A stretch of DNA of 63,408 nucleotides, the filler included, from Stramenopiles sp. TOSAG23-2 (Eukaryota), in the NCBI GenBank assembly GCA_900128395.1. It is 10 parts of 10 records of this genome, joined end to end, with 100 filler letters (N's around TTAATTAATTAA, not from the genome) between each part and the next. Parts side by side here need not be neighbours in the genome. Positions count along the whole stretch, not along the records: positions 16,855 to 25,168 come from LT650216.1; positions 25,269 to 33,570 come from LT650217.1; 8 more parts are not named here. One strand, written 5' to 3'. The notes below the pieces were generated by a model. The model ran no database searches. It was not told where the DNA came from and saw nothing but the letters and a program-made list of their open reading frames with translations. A program made the position numbers and the translations under genes. Below are positions 23,347 to 32,544 of this stretch, in pieces (the stretch's first letter is position 1; each line of letters opens with the position of its first letter).

Positions 23347-25149
23347 ATGGAAGATTGTTTGTATTTATTTATATATAATTTAAAAACCTTGTCGACAAAA
23401 AAGTTTCTAAATTCTTATGATAATACTATTATTGGTGTTGTATATTCAACAACAGAACCTAGATGTATAATTACAAAAGCTGGTAACACATTATATGTAC
23501 GAGATATTGTTTTAGTTGATGAATCGAAATTTGGTTTTACTGTGAAAGAATGGATGGGACAAAACCATTACAAATCGATATATAGTAACGATGGGGGCAA
23601 AATAATTACATCCAATACTAATACAGAATATAATTTAAAGCGTGGAGATGTCGTCCTATATCGAATGGTAAATATAAGATGTAAAATGCGACAACAATAT
23701 TTTGGTACAATTACAAGCACAACAAATACTAAATTTATATTACCTGAGACAACCGTATATTATCGATTTGGTTCTCTCGTAAAAAAACCTATTATCATCA
23801 GAAGAAGTCAAAAAAAATTCATTTTGTCTAATGCGGAAAGGAGACGCATGGTGGAAATTAATAATTGGGCTAAAATAAATCATCCAACACTCCTTTCAAT
23901 TGATTATGATATTTTCCATAATAATACAAGAAAAAAACGAAAAATAGATGATGAAATTTCAAAAAAGCCTTATAATAATAAGAATCATATTAGCAACAGC
24001 ATAAACTCATTGGAAATGTTAACACCGAATCGCAATCAAACGTTTACAGCTTTGCTAAAAGATATTAAAGTGCACAAAAAAACGGACACGTCTATAATGC
24101 CATCTACTGGTATTACTGCAAATAAACAAACAGACAAAGATTATATAGTATTGATTTTCAGTGATGAAGATCATGTTGAAGTAGCTATTAAATGTGTTCA
24201 ACCATATTTTCAAAGTCAAAATATAATCAATCAATTATTAAATTTTAAAAATTGCGTTTGTAGAGTTGAAAATGTTTTTGTCAAACAGGCACCTTTTGTA
24301 AACAAAAATGTTGCTGGTATGTATAGAGATCAGATGCAAATAAATACAACTATGAGAACAAATATATATTGTTTGGAGTATTTCGATACAGCAACTCAAA
24401 ATGTTTTAATTGATTGTGGACGTTTAAAGCCTTTATTTCATATATTAGGTTATATTTGTGAATTAAAAATGTCAAATGAATTGTTAAAAAAGTTAATAAA
24501 TGATGATTTAACTAGTGAGAATCAAGAAGCTATGGAAGTTACCAATAATAAGAAGAAGTCTCCTTATGAGAATGAATATTGCATGCTCTATATCAAGATG
24601 AAAGATACCAATTGTAAGAAGAAAAAACAAAGAAAGACAAATGTGGTTGCATTGAGTTTGACGCCATCTCCATCGAGTTTAATCCAAATTAAAGTTTCCT
24701 TGAATATTGTATCTAATGCTTTATTGAATGGTATATCATTGACCTCATTATTTCAGCATCAAATGAAGAAGCCGAGGGGCAATTTTGCAAAGCATGTTGA
24801 AGACATGAATACAACAGGCAATGATGAAGATGTTGATGCAAAATTTTTACTTGGTTGGCGTATGTTATCGAGTATAATGAAAACACCATTGTCGCAAGTA
24901 TTTTCTACGAATAATAATAATATAAATAATAATGGTACTTCTAGTAAGAAGATTAATGATGATAATAATATTATCAACGAATTTGAAAATCCATTGATGT
25001 GTTTCGTAGTAACGAAAGAAGGAAATAACAATAATAATATTGTTAAAAACAAAACAAGGGTTAATAATTCAAAAAATGACAATGATATTACCATGATGAT
25101 GGATGATACTTGTAGTATGTTACGGTTAGTTGATATGAAAATAATGTGA
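23347..25149 (+). CDS. Putative OB-fold ssDNA-binding protein (RPA1/SHLD2/MEIOB-like)
   Basis: IIGVV...ITKAG...RDIVLVDES...VKEW resembles RPA-type OB folds. The rest is not recognised. Confidence 0.55.
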   Translation: MEDCLYLFIYNLKTLSTKKFLNSYDNTIIGVVYSTTEPRCIITKAGNTLYVRDIVLVDESKFGFTVKEWMGQNHYKSIYSNDGGKIITSNTNTEYNLKRGDVVLYRMVNIRCKMRQQYFGTITSTTNTKFILPETTVYYRFGSLVKKPIIIRRSQKKFILSNAERRRMVEINNWAKINHPTLLSIDYDIFHNNTRKKRKIDDEISKKPYNNKNHISNSINSLEMLTPNRNQTFTALLKDIKVHKKTDTSIMPSTGITANKQTDKDYIVLIFSDEDHVEVAIKCVQPYFQSQNIINQLLNFKNCVCRVENVFVKQAPFVNKNVAGMYRDQMQINTTMRTNIYCLEYFDTATQNVLIDCGRLKPLFHILGYICELKMSNELLKKLINDDLTSENQEAMEVTNNKKKSPYENEYCMLYIKMKDTNCKKKKQRKTNVVALSLTPSPSSLIQIKVSLNIVSNALLNGISLTSLFQHQMKKPRGNFAKHVEDMNTTGNDEDVDAKFLLGWRMLSSIMKTPLSQVFSTNNNNINNNGTSSKKINDDNNIINEFENPLMCFVVTKEGNNNNNIVKNKTRVNNSKNDNDITMMMDDTCSMLRLVDMKIM

Positions 25150-25270
25150 TTTGAAGGAAAAGGGGAGANNNNNNNNNNNNNNNNNNNNNNNNNNNNNNNN
25201 NNNNNNNNNNNNTTAATTAATTAANNNNNNNNNNNNNNNNNNNNNNNNNNNNNNNNNNNNNNNNNNNNAA

Positions 25271-25792
25271 TATGAATACAGAGATACAATACATAAGTCA
25301 GGTAAAACCATAGGATTTATAGCACAAGAAGTTCGTGAAATTATACCGAACGCAGTAATGTTAGAAAAACGATTTACTCCAAATGAAATGCGACATTTAA
25401 CAGATTTTTCATGGGAAAAAATAGTAGAAAAAAGTACTACAGAAGAAGGTACAGTAAAAGAAATTGTAAAATATAAATTACATACTGATTTACAAGATGT
25501 TAGTGGAGTAAAATATTTATTTTATGTTAGTAATGAACCAGATGGTATTGGAGAAGAAGCGGAATATGCGGTGGGAAATAATGATAATACTTTTACATTT
25601 CAGGAAAAATACAGCAATATATTCTGCTATGGAAAAGAAGTAAATGATTTTCACCAATTAGATAAAAGTAAATTATTTACTTTAAATTTTTCAGCCACAC
25701 AGGAGTTAATAAGGGAAAATGAAAACTTAAAAACTGAGATAAATGAGTTGAGAGAAGAAGTAAAAGTCATAAAAGCCTTATTAGGATTATAA
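25271..25792 (+). CDS. Fibre/spike C-terminus with intramolecular chaperone (Peptidase S74-like) domain, 5'-partial
   Basis: The frame is open from the contig start: YEYRD...IGFIAQEVREIIPNAV, then LNFSATQEL and a terminal coiled coil. Confidence 0.85.
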   Translation, partial: YEYRDTIHKSGKTIGFIAQEVREIIPNAVMLEKRFTPNEMRHLTDFSWEKIVEKSTTEEGTVKEIVKYKLHTDLQDVSGVKYLFYVSNEPDGIGEEAEYAVGNNDNTFTFQEKYSNIFCYGKEVNDFHQLDKSKLFTLNFSATQELIRENENLKTEINELREEVKVIKALLGL

Positions 25793-25819
25793 AAAAATAA
25801 TAAAAGTTATTATTATAGA

Positions 25820-26815
25820 ATGGTAGTAAAAAAAACTAAATCGAAAAAAACCACTAAGAAAACTTCAAAAAAAGGAAAAGGACTTTTAGACACTGCTAAG
25901 GCACTGTGGTATGGTCGCACTAAACTTCCTCCAAATGTTAGAAAAATTATGGAAAAACACGGCAACGATGAAATTGATTATATTCAGGTCGCCCGTAATC
26001 CACTTGCATCAAGCACAAAACTAATGTTAGATGTAGCCAGTTTAGGCACATTTTCGAGAGATGCAAAAAAACTAATGAAAGAAAAAAGTTATGACAGCCT
26101 CTTTCACCTGTACATGGTTATCACTCTGAAAAATGGAAAAAACATTTTAACAGAAAAAAACGCACAGATAAATATGGAATATAAAGGAGTGAGGAGAGAC
26201 GCTACAAGTAAATTAGTCAGTGTAAATAAAAAATTAACTCTGAACACTCTTATAGCAAATACAAAAAAACGAATGGGGGCTAATTTTCTGCCTTATGACG
26301 GATTTAAAAATAACTGCCAGAATTACATCCTTTCAGTTCTTAAAGCCAATAATTTAGGAAACGAAACAATATATAAATTCGTAAAACAGGATACATCTGC
26401 TATTTTTAAAAAATCACCTATATTTGCCAAAGTGACTCGTGCAGTGACAGATTTAGGTGCAAAGTTGGATATATTAAAACAAGGAGCGGGACAGAAAGGC
26501 AGAGGTGGTTGCTGGGATAAGGATGGCACTTTTGACAGGGATATATGCTGGGGGCTGTCCGACTGTTATAGCAAACAAAGAACTAGAACCAGACGCTGCA
26601 TGAAAAAAAAAAATAAAAATACCAAATACTGCGAGTGCCACTTTGGAAAAAACTCCAAAAATTTAAATCCAAAAGACCAGTATATCGGCACTCCTGCTTA
26701 TAAAACTCTAACAAAAAAACAAAAAGAAATGCTGAAAAAACTAGGAGCAGGTTGGGGTAAGAAAAGAGATACAGAAAAAGCACTAGAAATGTTAAAATTA
26801 TTGGGAAAATTATAG
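25820..26815 (+). CDS. Permuted papain-like NlpC/P60 (H...NC; LRAT/PPPDE-like) enzyme with basic GxG-motif extensions
   Basis: LFHLYMVITL (His), ILTEKN and YDGFKNNCQNY (NC motif). KKGKG near the N-terminus; KQGAG, GRGG and KLGAG near the C-terminus. Confidence 0.7.
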   Translation: MVVKKTKSKKTTKKTSKKGKGLLDTAKALWYGRTKLPPNVRKIMEKHGNDEIDYIQVARNPLASSTKLMLDVASLGTFSRDAKKLMKEKSYDSLFHLYMVITLKNGKNILTEKNAQINMEYKGVRRDATSKLVSVNKKLTLNTLIANTKKRMGANFLPYDGFKNNCQNYILSVLKANNLGNETIYKFVKQDTSAIFKKSPIFAKVTRAVTDLGAKLDILKQGAGQKGRGGCWDKDGTFDRDICWGLSDCYSKQRTRTRRCMKKKNKNTKYCECHFGKNSKNLNPKDQYIGTPAYKTLTKKQKEMLKKLGAGWGKKRDTEKALEMLKLLGKL

Positions 26816-26886
26816 TTGTCTAAATTTGGAAAAAAAATGATGTTTTAGGAAAATATTATTTTTTTATTTTCTTTCTATATTTTATA

Positions 26887-28740
26887 ATGACAGTTGAAAA
26901 TGTGACGAAATGGGACAGATGGTACAATTATATTGATGCCAGTGGCAACAAGCCTAACAAAAAATTATATCTCAAAAAAAAAATTATGCGTCGTATAACC
27001 AAAAAAAGAGAATTACCTTTGTTAAAAACTCTTCGACGATTTGGATTAGTAGACTTTGTTATGAAATTTGGAGATAAAGAAATGAAAGATAAACTGAAAA
27101 AACGCATGAGTATAGAAAAATACATCTACTCAGACCCAGAACCTTATCGCTTTCCAGATGGCAGAGTCGCAGTGGAATCTATATCGAATTATTATCAAGC
27201 ACCAGACGCTCCACTTCCTCCTCCTCGTCAACCTATAATTCAGACAATAGAGGAAATACCTCCTGAAAATAATAACTTTGAAGATGATGATAATTTTTTA
27301 GCCGAAGAAGATATGGACTTCATGACAAATGAACCAGAAGTTATAAATGTTGATGAACTGCCCAAACCAGTTAACAAAAAAGGAAATGAAAAAATTACAT
27401 TACAGGAAAATCAAAAAGTCTCTTACAACACTCAAGGTATAAGTGATTTAAGAAGTAGGAATCGAGCCATACAACAACAGCAAAAATATATGTTTAAGCA
27501 TTACAAACATAAAAAAGGCGACAGATTCGATTATCAGGATGCTATTGATGTGTTTGAAGACCCCAACACAAGAAGCACAAGAGGTAAACCGTATGCTCCA
27601 AAAACTATACAACAGTACAAGAAAAAGTTAAAAAAGTTAACTGAATTATTTGGTTGTAATACCGAAAGAACATACTGGAAAACTGGAGCAAAAAAAGGTC
27701 AGGTAAGAACAAAAGGCAAAGATATAATTAGTTGTTTTAATAAAGCAGAATCAGTTAAAGCAAAAATACTTGAAAAGAAATTAATTGGCTACCAGAATTA
27801 TTTAGGAGTTGTGGTTGCTCTTGCTAATGCTAGTCCCAGTTTTGCTGCCCGATTAGGACAAAGGCAGTTGCCAGAATATCGCAGATTGATGCGAGAAGGA
27901 ATGGAAGAAAGTAAGAAAAAAACAAAAGTCAAAAAAACACAATCTTTAGTAATAGACTGGAAATATTTTATCGAAGGATATAAAAAAGAAAAAATTAAAT
28001 GGGATAAATTTGTAATTAAAAAATTAAAAGAAAAGAAAAAAGCAGAACAAAATAATAAAAATTTCACTTTAGCGTCAAGTGATAAACTTTACATTACCAA
28101 TTTTTTACTTTTCGCTTTTCCAGTATTGTTAAATCCTCTTCGTGATAATTTTGGAAACATGAAAGTTATAAACAGTAGAAATGAAATTGACAAAACAACT
28201 ACTCAGAGTTATTATTACAGAAAAAAGGCAGTGTTTATTCTGCGACAGTATAAAACGATAAACACTTTTGGTGAACAGGAATATTTGCTTAAAAGTAATA
28301 ATGCTTTAAATAATTTAAAAAAATCTCCTCCTACTATTCGCTCCTCGATGAAAGAACAGGGAAAGGAATTAGGAAAAATAGTTGAACAGTCATTAGATTT
28401 ATGGGACAGAAAATATGTTATAGGAAAAAATAACGGAGATAAATATAAAGACGGAAAAATAGGCAGTCGAGTAGGAAATGCTTTAAAATATTTCAATATA
28501 CAAAAATTCAATCCTAATAAAAGAATAGTAAAAGGTAAAGAAGTGCCTATGAAACTAGGATATAATGATTTGCGACATTCTCGAGTTGTCTACAGTAGAA
28601 AAGTGGCAGATGACACTGATGAAGCAAAAGAATCTTTAGCAAGAAATATGCTTCATGCCACATTCACAGCAGACGAAGTGTATATGAGAGAATTAGGAGA
28701 TGGAAATTTCCAACAAAGAATAGCAAATTTAGAAAAGTAA
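26887..28740 (+). CDS. Tyrosine recombinase/integrase with long N-terminal extension
   Basis: Catalytic set R419 (NPLRD), K456 (YKT), N560-x-x-R563-H564 (NDLRH), H590 (MLH) and Y599. Core-binding-like APKTIQQYKKKL helix upstream. Confidence 0.85.
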   Translation: MTVENVTKWDRWYNYIDASGNKPNKKLYLKKKIMRRITKKRELPLLKTLRRFGLVDFVMKFGDKEMKDKLKKRMSIEKYIYSDPEPYRFPDGRVAVESISNYYQAPDAPLPPPRQPIIQTIEEIPPENNNFEDDDNFLAEEDMDFMTNEPEVINVDELPKPVNKKGNEKITLQENQKVSYNTQGISDLRSRNRAIQQQQKYMFKHYKHKKGDRFDYQDAIDVFEDPNTRSTRGKPYAPKTIQQYKKKLKKLTELFGCNTERTYWKTGAKKGQVRTKGKDIISCFNKAESVKAKILEKKLIGYQNYLGVVVALANASPSFAARLGQRQLPEYRRLMREGMEESKKKTKVKKTQSLVIDWKYFIEGYKKEKIKWDKFVIKKLKEKKKAEQNNKNFTLASSDKLYITNFLLFAFPVLLNPLRDNFGNMKVINSRNEIDKTTTQSYYYRKKAVFILRQYKTINTFGEQEYLLKSNNALNNLKKSPPTIRSSMKEQGKELGKIVEQSLDLWDRKYVIGKNNGDKYKDGKIGSRVGNALKYFNIQKFNPNKRIVKGKEVPMKLGYNDLRHSRVVYSRKVADDTDEAKESLARNMLHATFTADEVYMRELGDGNFQQRIANLEK

Positions 28741-28774
28741 GAAACTGAAATAAAAATATTTTATTATATTAAAT

Positions 28775-29557
28775 ATGCTTATTAAACTTGATTCTTCCAC
28801 AATTTCAGACCAGAATAGCGAAAGTTTTGAAGTGACATTCGATAATTTAAGTTTAGAAAAAAATGAAGATTATGAATTGGCACTGCTAAGAGCATCAGTC
28901 TGGTATTCATGGAACAACATATCTTCTGAATTTTCTAACAACACACTAAGATACAAATACTCCACTGATTCTGGAGCGTCTTATACTGATGTAAATATAA
29001 CTTTTGAAAATGGAATTTATTCTGTTGACGCAATAAATAATAAATTAGCAACTGTATTAGAAGCCAATAATCATTTTGCTACTGTGAACGGGATAAAACA
29101 GTATCCAATAGAAATATGTCCGAATTATACAACACTTTTAGTTGATGTAAAATTAAATCAGACATTAGTTAGCGGTACAATTTTTCAACTAGATTTTACC
29201 ACTTCAAAATTAAGGGAATTATTAGGATTTAATTCTAGTGTTCTTTCCACTACCACATCATCACCAAACCAACCTAACATTACTCGAGATGTCAATACTC
29301 TCATGATAAAAAGTTCAGTTGTTGAGGGAAGTTTTGAAAATGGAAAAGCGTCAAATGTTTTATATGCCTTTTCTCCTAGCGGATACAGTATAGGAAGTAA
29401 TATTAATGTTGAACCAACGCAGCGAGTGTATTTACCTGTGTCCGAAAAAAATAACATTAGTAGAATACGAATGGAATTAGTAGACCAACAATCCCGACTT
29501 GTAAAAACTAATGATGACATTACCTATCTACTGCATCTTAGAAAAATCAAAAAATAA
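28775..29557 (+). CDS. Minor capsid protein (penton), Polinton/adintovirus type
   Basis: 260 aa, beta-rich. YELAL...YSWNNI, GIYS...IN, VNTLMIKSSVVEGSF, LYAFSP, IxVEP...YLPV and LVDQ...LHLR follow the Polinton penton pattern. Confidence 0.85.
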   Translation: MLIKLDSSTISDQNSESFEVTFDNLSLEKNEDYELALLRASVWYSWNNISSEFSNNTLRYKYSTDSGASYTDVNITFENGIYSVDAINNKLATVLEANNHFATVNGIKQYPIEICPNYTTLLVDVKLNQTLVSGTIFQLDFTTSKLRELLGFNSSVLSTTTSSPNQPNITRDVNTLMIKSSVVEGSFENGKASNVLYAFSPSGYSIGSNINVEPTQRVYLPVSEKNNISRIRMELVDQQSRLVKTNDDITYLLHLRKIKK

Positions 29558-29575
29558 TATAATTTATTATATATA

Positions 29576-30127
29576 ATGGTAAAAATTTATAACAAAACTC
29601 AGGTTCGACGAATTAAAGGTTATGGTCATGTTCCAGTTCGTATGCATGGTGACGGAAGAGGACAAGTGTTATTTCAGTCTGCAAAACAAATGGCGAAATA
29701 TGCTGTTCCCGTGTTGAAAAAAGTCTGGTCTAATATATCTCCAGAAGCGAAACAGGCTATGTTCGATGCGACAGTAGATTTAGGAATTCGAGGAGTGAAA
29801 AAAGTCGGTTCTACCGTACAGTCGGCTTTTGGAAGAGGTTTAGGAAAAAATTTACAATTAGAGGCAGATAGTTTAGGCGATTCTGCCAAATCTAAATTAG
29901 AGGAATTAGTTGGGGATTCTTCTGACCGCATATCTAAAAAAGCAGAAAAATTATTAAAAAAAATGGCTTCGCAAACGAAAAAGAGAATAAAAAAAGAAAT
30001 AAAAAGAAAGGCTTTACCGAAGTCAGTTGAAAAAATGTTAACACCTAGTCAGCGAAAAAAATTATCAGAGAAAAGTGAAGTTTTATTATCCAATTTATTA
30101 GCAGGACAGGGACTTCGATTACTTTAA
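29576..30127 (+). CDS. Basic virion core/cement-like protein with GxG protease-type motifs
   Basis: Lys-rich, with IKGYG, HGDG, FGRG and terminal AGQGLRLL. Lies between penton and MCP. Confidence 0.7.
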   Translation: MVKIYNKTQVRRIKGYGHVPVRMHGDGRGQVLFQSAKQMAKYAVPVLKKVWSNISPEAKQAMFDATVDLGIRGVKKVGSTVQSAFGRGLGKNLQLEADSLGDSAKSKLEELVGDSSDRISKKAEKLLKKMASQTKKRIKKEIKRKALPKSVEKMLTPSQRKKLSEKSEVLLSNLLAGQGLRLL

Positions 30128-30177
30128 AAGATATTATATGTAATTTATAATATTTTTTTATCTTTTTACATAGTATA

Positions 30178-31491
30178 ATGAGTTTAATAAATCCTAGCCT
30201 AGATTTTTTCTCTGAACCTCTTTCCGATGAGAGTATTGAAAGTAAAGAATATCAAGTTTACAACCCTAATGACTTAGGTGAATATGGAACAACAAAAACT
30301 AGATTTGAAATAAACATTCACCCACAAGATGTATTTCAAAATTTTAGTGAAGCAAGAATTGAGACCACTGTAAAAATAGTAAAATCTGACGGAACAGCAT
30401 TAGATACTGGAAACGACACCGAAAATATTGCTTTACAAAATGGTTTTTGGTCGTTGTGGGAAAGAGCAGAATTGCGAGTTGGTAATGGTGCTGCATCTGT
30501 TGAATCTATAAATTTCGCCAATGTGGCAGCACAGATGAAATTTTTAACTGAGGCTTCTGACGACTATAAACGAACAAGTGGAACAAATATGGGAGTTTAT
30601 TTAGATTCTGGAGATGGGGCGGCAAGTTCTGCCAATACTGGTTGGAATTCTAGATTTGAACTAGCAAAAGCCAGTAATAGTATTACTTACTACGCTCCAT
30701 TAAAACACCTTTTCGGCTACTGCACTAATGGCAAAGTGACTCGTGGATTAAAACATACGGTTATTCTGACTCGAGCATCTCACCCGAATATGATTCATGT
30801 TGATGGTGCTGCTACTGCTGGTTCAAAAGTATTTATTGAAAATGTAAGAATATGGTGTCCAACTGTTGTGCCTTCTTTAGAAGTAATTCAGAATTACGAA
30901 AATAAAATGTTGGAAGGCTTTAGTCAAAAAATTAATTTTGAGAGTATGAACTGTTATAGAAGTGGAGTATTTCAGGCATCAGACCAGACTCCAGTTTATC
31001 GAGTGACAACCGCTATTGCGAATCCAACAGCACTAATTATTGGTGTACAGGCTAGTGCAACTGATAATAGTGAAACCGCTAATAATCAAATTTTTCTAAA
31101 TACACGAATGACAGAATTTGAAGTTCGTTTGAACAACACACAAATTCCTCGTGAGAAATTAATTACTAGTTATAAAAATCCAAAAAATTATGGTAGGGCA
31201 TATCAAATGTTGCAGGACTATAATAATAAATTTGGAGATTCTCAGTCTGGTTCTTGTGTAAATTTAGCAGAATTTGAAAGTATTTATAATTTATTAGTAG
31301 TAGATTTAAAACACGTGCCACCTATGGTTTTTAACACAAATAATAGTGCCGATATTGAAATTAGATTAAGAAGAGATGGTACAGGAGGAGGATACACCAG
31401 TCCAGCCATTCATATTTACTGTCTGGTAATGTCAGATACAGAATGCGTTGTGTCGGGAACATCTGGAGAAATTAGGTTGGAAAAATTGTAA
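30178..31491 (+). CDS. Major capsid protein (double jelly-roll), Polinton/adintovirus type
   Basis: 437 aa. DESIESKEYQVYNP N-terminus, PLKHLFGYC...HTVILTR, IWCPTVVPS, LNNTQIP, RAYQML and VDL motifs typical of Polinton hexons. Confidence 0.88.
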   Translation: MSLINPSLDFFSEPLSDESIESKEYQVYNPNDLGEYGTTKTRFEINIHPQDVFQNFSEARIETTVKIVKSDGTALDTGNDTENIALQNGFWSLWERAELRVGNGAASVESINFANVAAQMKFLTEASDDYKRTSGTNMGVYLDSGDGAASSANTGWNSRFELAKASNSITYYAPLKHLFGYCTNGKVTRGLKHTVILTRASHPNMIHVDGAATAGSKVFIENVRIWCPTVVPSLEVIQNYENKMLEGFSQKINFESMNCYRSGVFQASDQTPVYRVTTAIANPTALIIGVQASATDNSETANNQIFLNTRMTEFEVRLNNTQIPREKLITSYKNPKNYGRAYQMLQDYNNKFGDSQSGSCVNLAEFESIYNLLVVDLKHVPPMVFNTNNSADIEIRLRRDGTGGGYTSPAIHIYCLVMSDTECVVSGTSGEIRLEKL

Positions 31492-31518
31492 TATTATTTT
31501 CTGTATTTATTGTATAAT

Positions 31519-31767
31519 ATGATAAGCCGTCCACCACCCCCACGAGGCTATAAATATAATCCAGTTAACGGAAAATTAGAGAAAAAACCAAAAGGTGTAA
31601 GAACAGTTGGTAGAGGACATGGAAGAAGACATAATAAGAAAAGGAAAAGAAGAAGAGGAGGAAATTTAGCAAGAGTAGTTCCACATGCAAAAAAGATGTT
31701 GAGTTTAGCAAAAAAACTAACAGGTGAAAAAAAATTAAATAGAATGCTTCGTCGTTTATTAAAATAA
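31519..31767 (+). CDS. Small Arg/Lys-rich DNA-condensing core-like protein
   Basis: ATG at 31519. Very basic, with VGRGHG and RRRGG motifs. Confidence 0.7.
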   Translation: MISRPPPPRGYKYNPVNGKLEKKPKGVRTVGRGHGRRHNKKRKRRRGGNLARVVPHAKKMLSLAKKLTGEKKLNRMLRRLLK

Positions 31768-31818
31768 AAGTATTGATAAAATTATTAATACTTTTTTTTC
31801 TAATCAAATATTATAAAT

Positions 31819-32055
31819 ATGGTGCATAAAAAATGTAAATGTAAAAAGCGTGGTAGGAAACGCAAGGTCGGGAGACCTTTAGGTAGTAAAAATAAAAAAG
31901 GCAGAAAAAAGACAGGTAAAGGTTTAGGCAGTTTAGCAATAAAAGGTGCGAAGACATTTGGTCCGCCAATTGTTGCTGGATTGTTAAGTGAGTTAATTTT
32001 AAAAAACTTAAAAAAGGGAAAGGGAAGTTTTGGCAGGGGGCTTCGTTTGCTTTAA
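31819..32055 (+). CDS. Small basic core-like protein ending GRGLRLL
   Basis: KVGRPLGSK AT-hook-like motif, TGKG followed by an amphipathic helix, then KGKG and FGRGLRLL. Confidence 0.75.
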   Translation: MVHKKCKCKKRGRKRKVGRPLGSKNKKGRKKTGKGLGSLAIKGAKTFGPPIVAGLLSELILKNLKKGKGSFGRGLRLL

Positions 32056-32510
32056 AATTAGAGCAAGATGAAGCCCTATCTAATTTTGACTTAGATGAGA
32101 TGCTGAAAAATAGTCCTTCTTATTTAGGCACTTTCTCCCATGACACAATTCCCACTTTTTCGAATGAAAGATTTAGTGCAATTATCAATTACCACGATTA
32201 TAATCAGGAAGGTTCACATTGGATATGTGTATATAATTCTCCAGAAAAGAAGTACGCCGAATTTTTCGATTCGTTTGGAATGCCTCCCTCAGACGAAATT
32301 TTAAAAAAATTAAAACAGACTGGAAAAAAAGTTTTATACAATACTTCCAAAATCCAAAATATTACATCTTCCAAATGTGGGTTTTATTGTTATTTCTATA
32401 TCATCATGCGGGATAAAGGGATGAACCCGTATGATATTTTATACGAGTTCGAACCAGAAGGTAAAAAAAATGATAATATTTTAATTGATTTATTAGAAGA
32501 TAAATTATAA
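31992..32510 (+). CDS. Adenain/Ulp1-family cysteine maturation protease (frame open from 31992, first ATG only at 32100)
   Basis: GSHW (His), FFDSFG (Asp), KIQ (Gln) and CGFYC (Cys). The conserved-looking LSNFDL N-terminal motif lies upstream of the first ATG. Confidence 0.9.
   Translation, partial: VNFKKLKKGKGKFWQGASFALKLEQDEALSNFDLDEMLKNSPSYLGTFSHDTIPTFSNERFSAIINYHDYNQEGSHWICVYNSPEKKYAEFFDSFGMPPSDEILKKLKQTGKKVLYNTSKIQNITSSKCGFYCYFYIIMRDKGMNPYDILYEFEPEGKKNDNILIDLLEDKL
31998..32088 (+). promoter_or_regulatory. Candidate -1 programmed ribosomal frameshift signal (slippery heptamers plus stem-loop)
   Basis: In-frame heptamers T_TTA_AAA 31998, A_AAA_AAC 32001, A_AAA_AAG 32010 and G_GGA_AAG 32016. 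Hairpin GGGCTTCGT-TTGCTTTA/TAGAGCAA-G-ATGAAGCCC at 32038-32076, extendable to 32030-32083. Confidence 0.6.
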
Positions 32511-32544
32511 AATATTTTAATATGTTGTATATATATACTAAAAT

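Noticed and set aside
32038-32076. Hairpin as a Mimivirus-style polyadenylation signal or bacterial terminator
   Set aside because: I did not notice equivalent hairpins after the other viral genes, there is no U-tract directly after the stem, and it lies within the protease reading frame. Not fully excluded.
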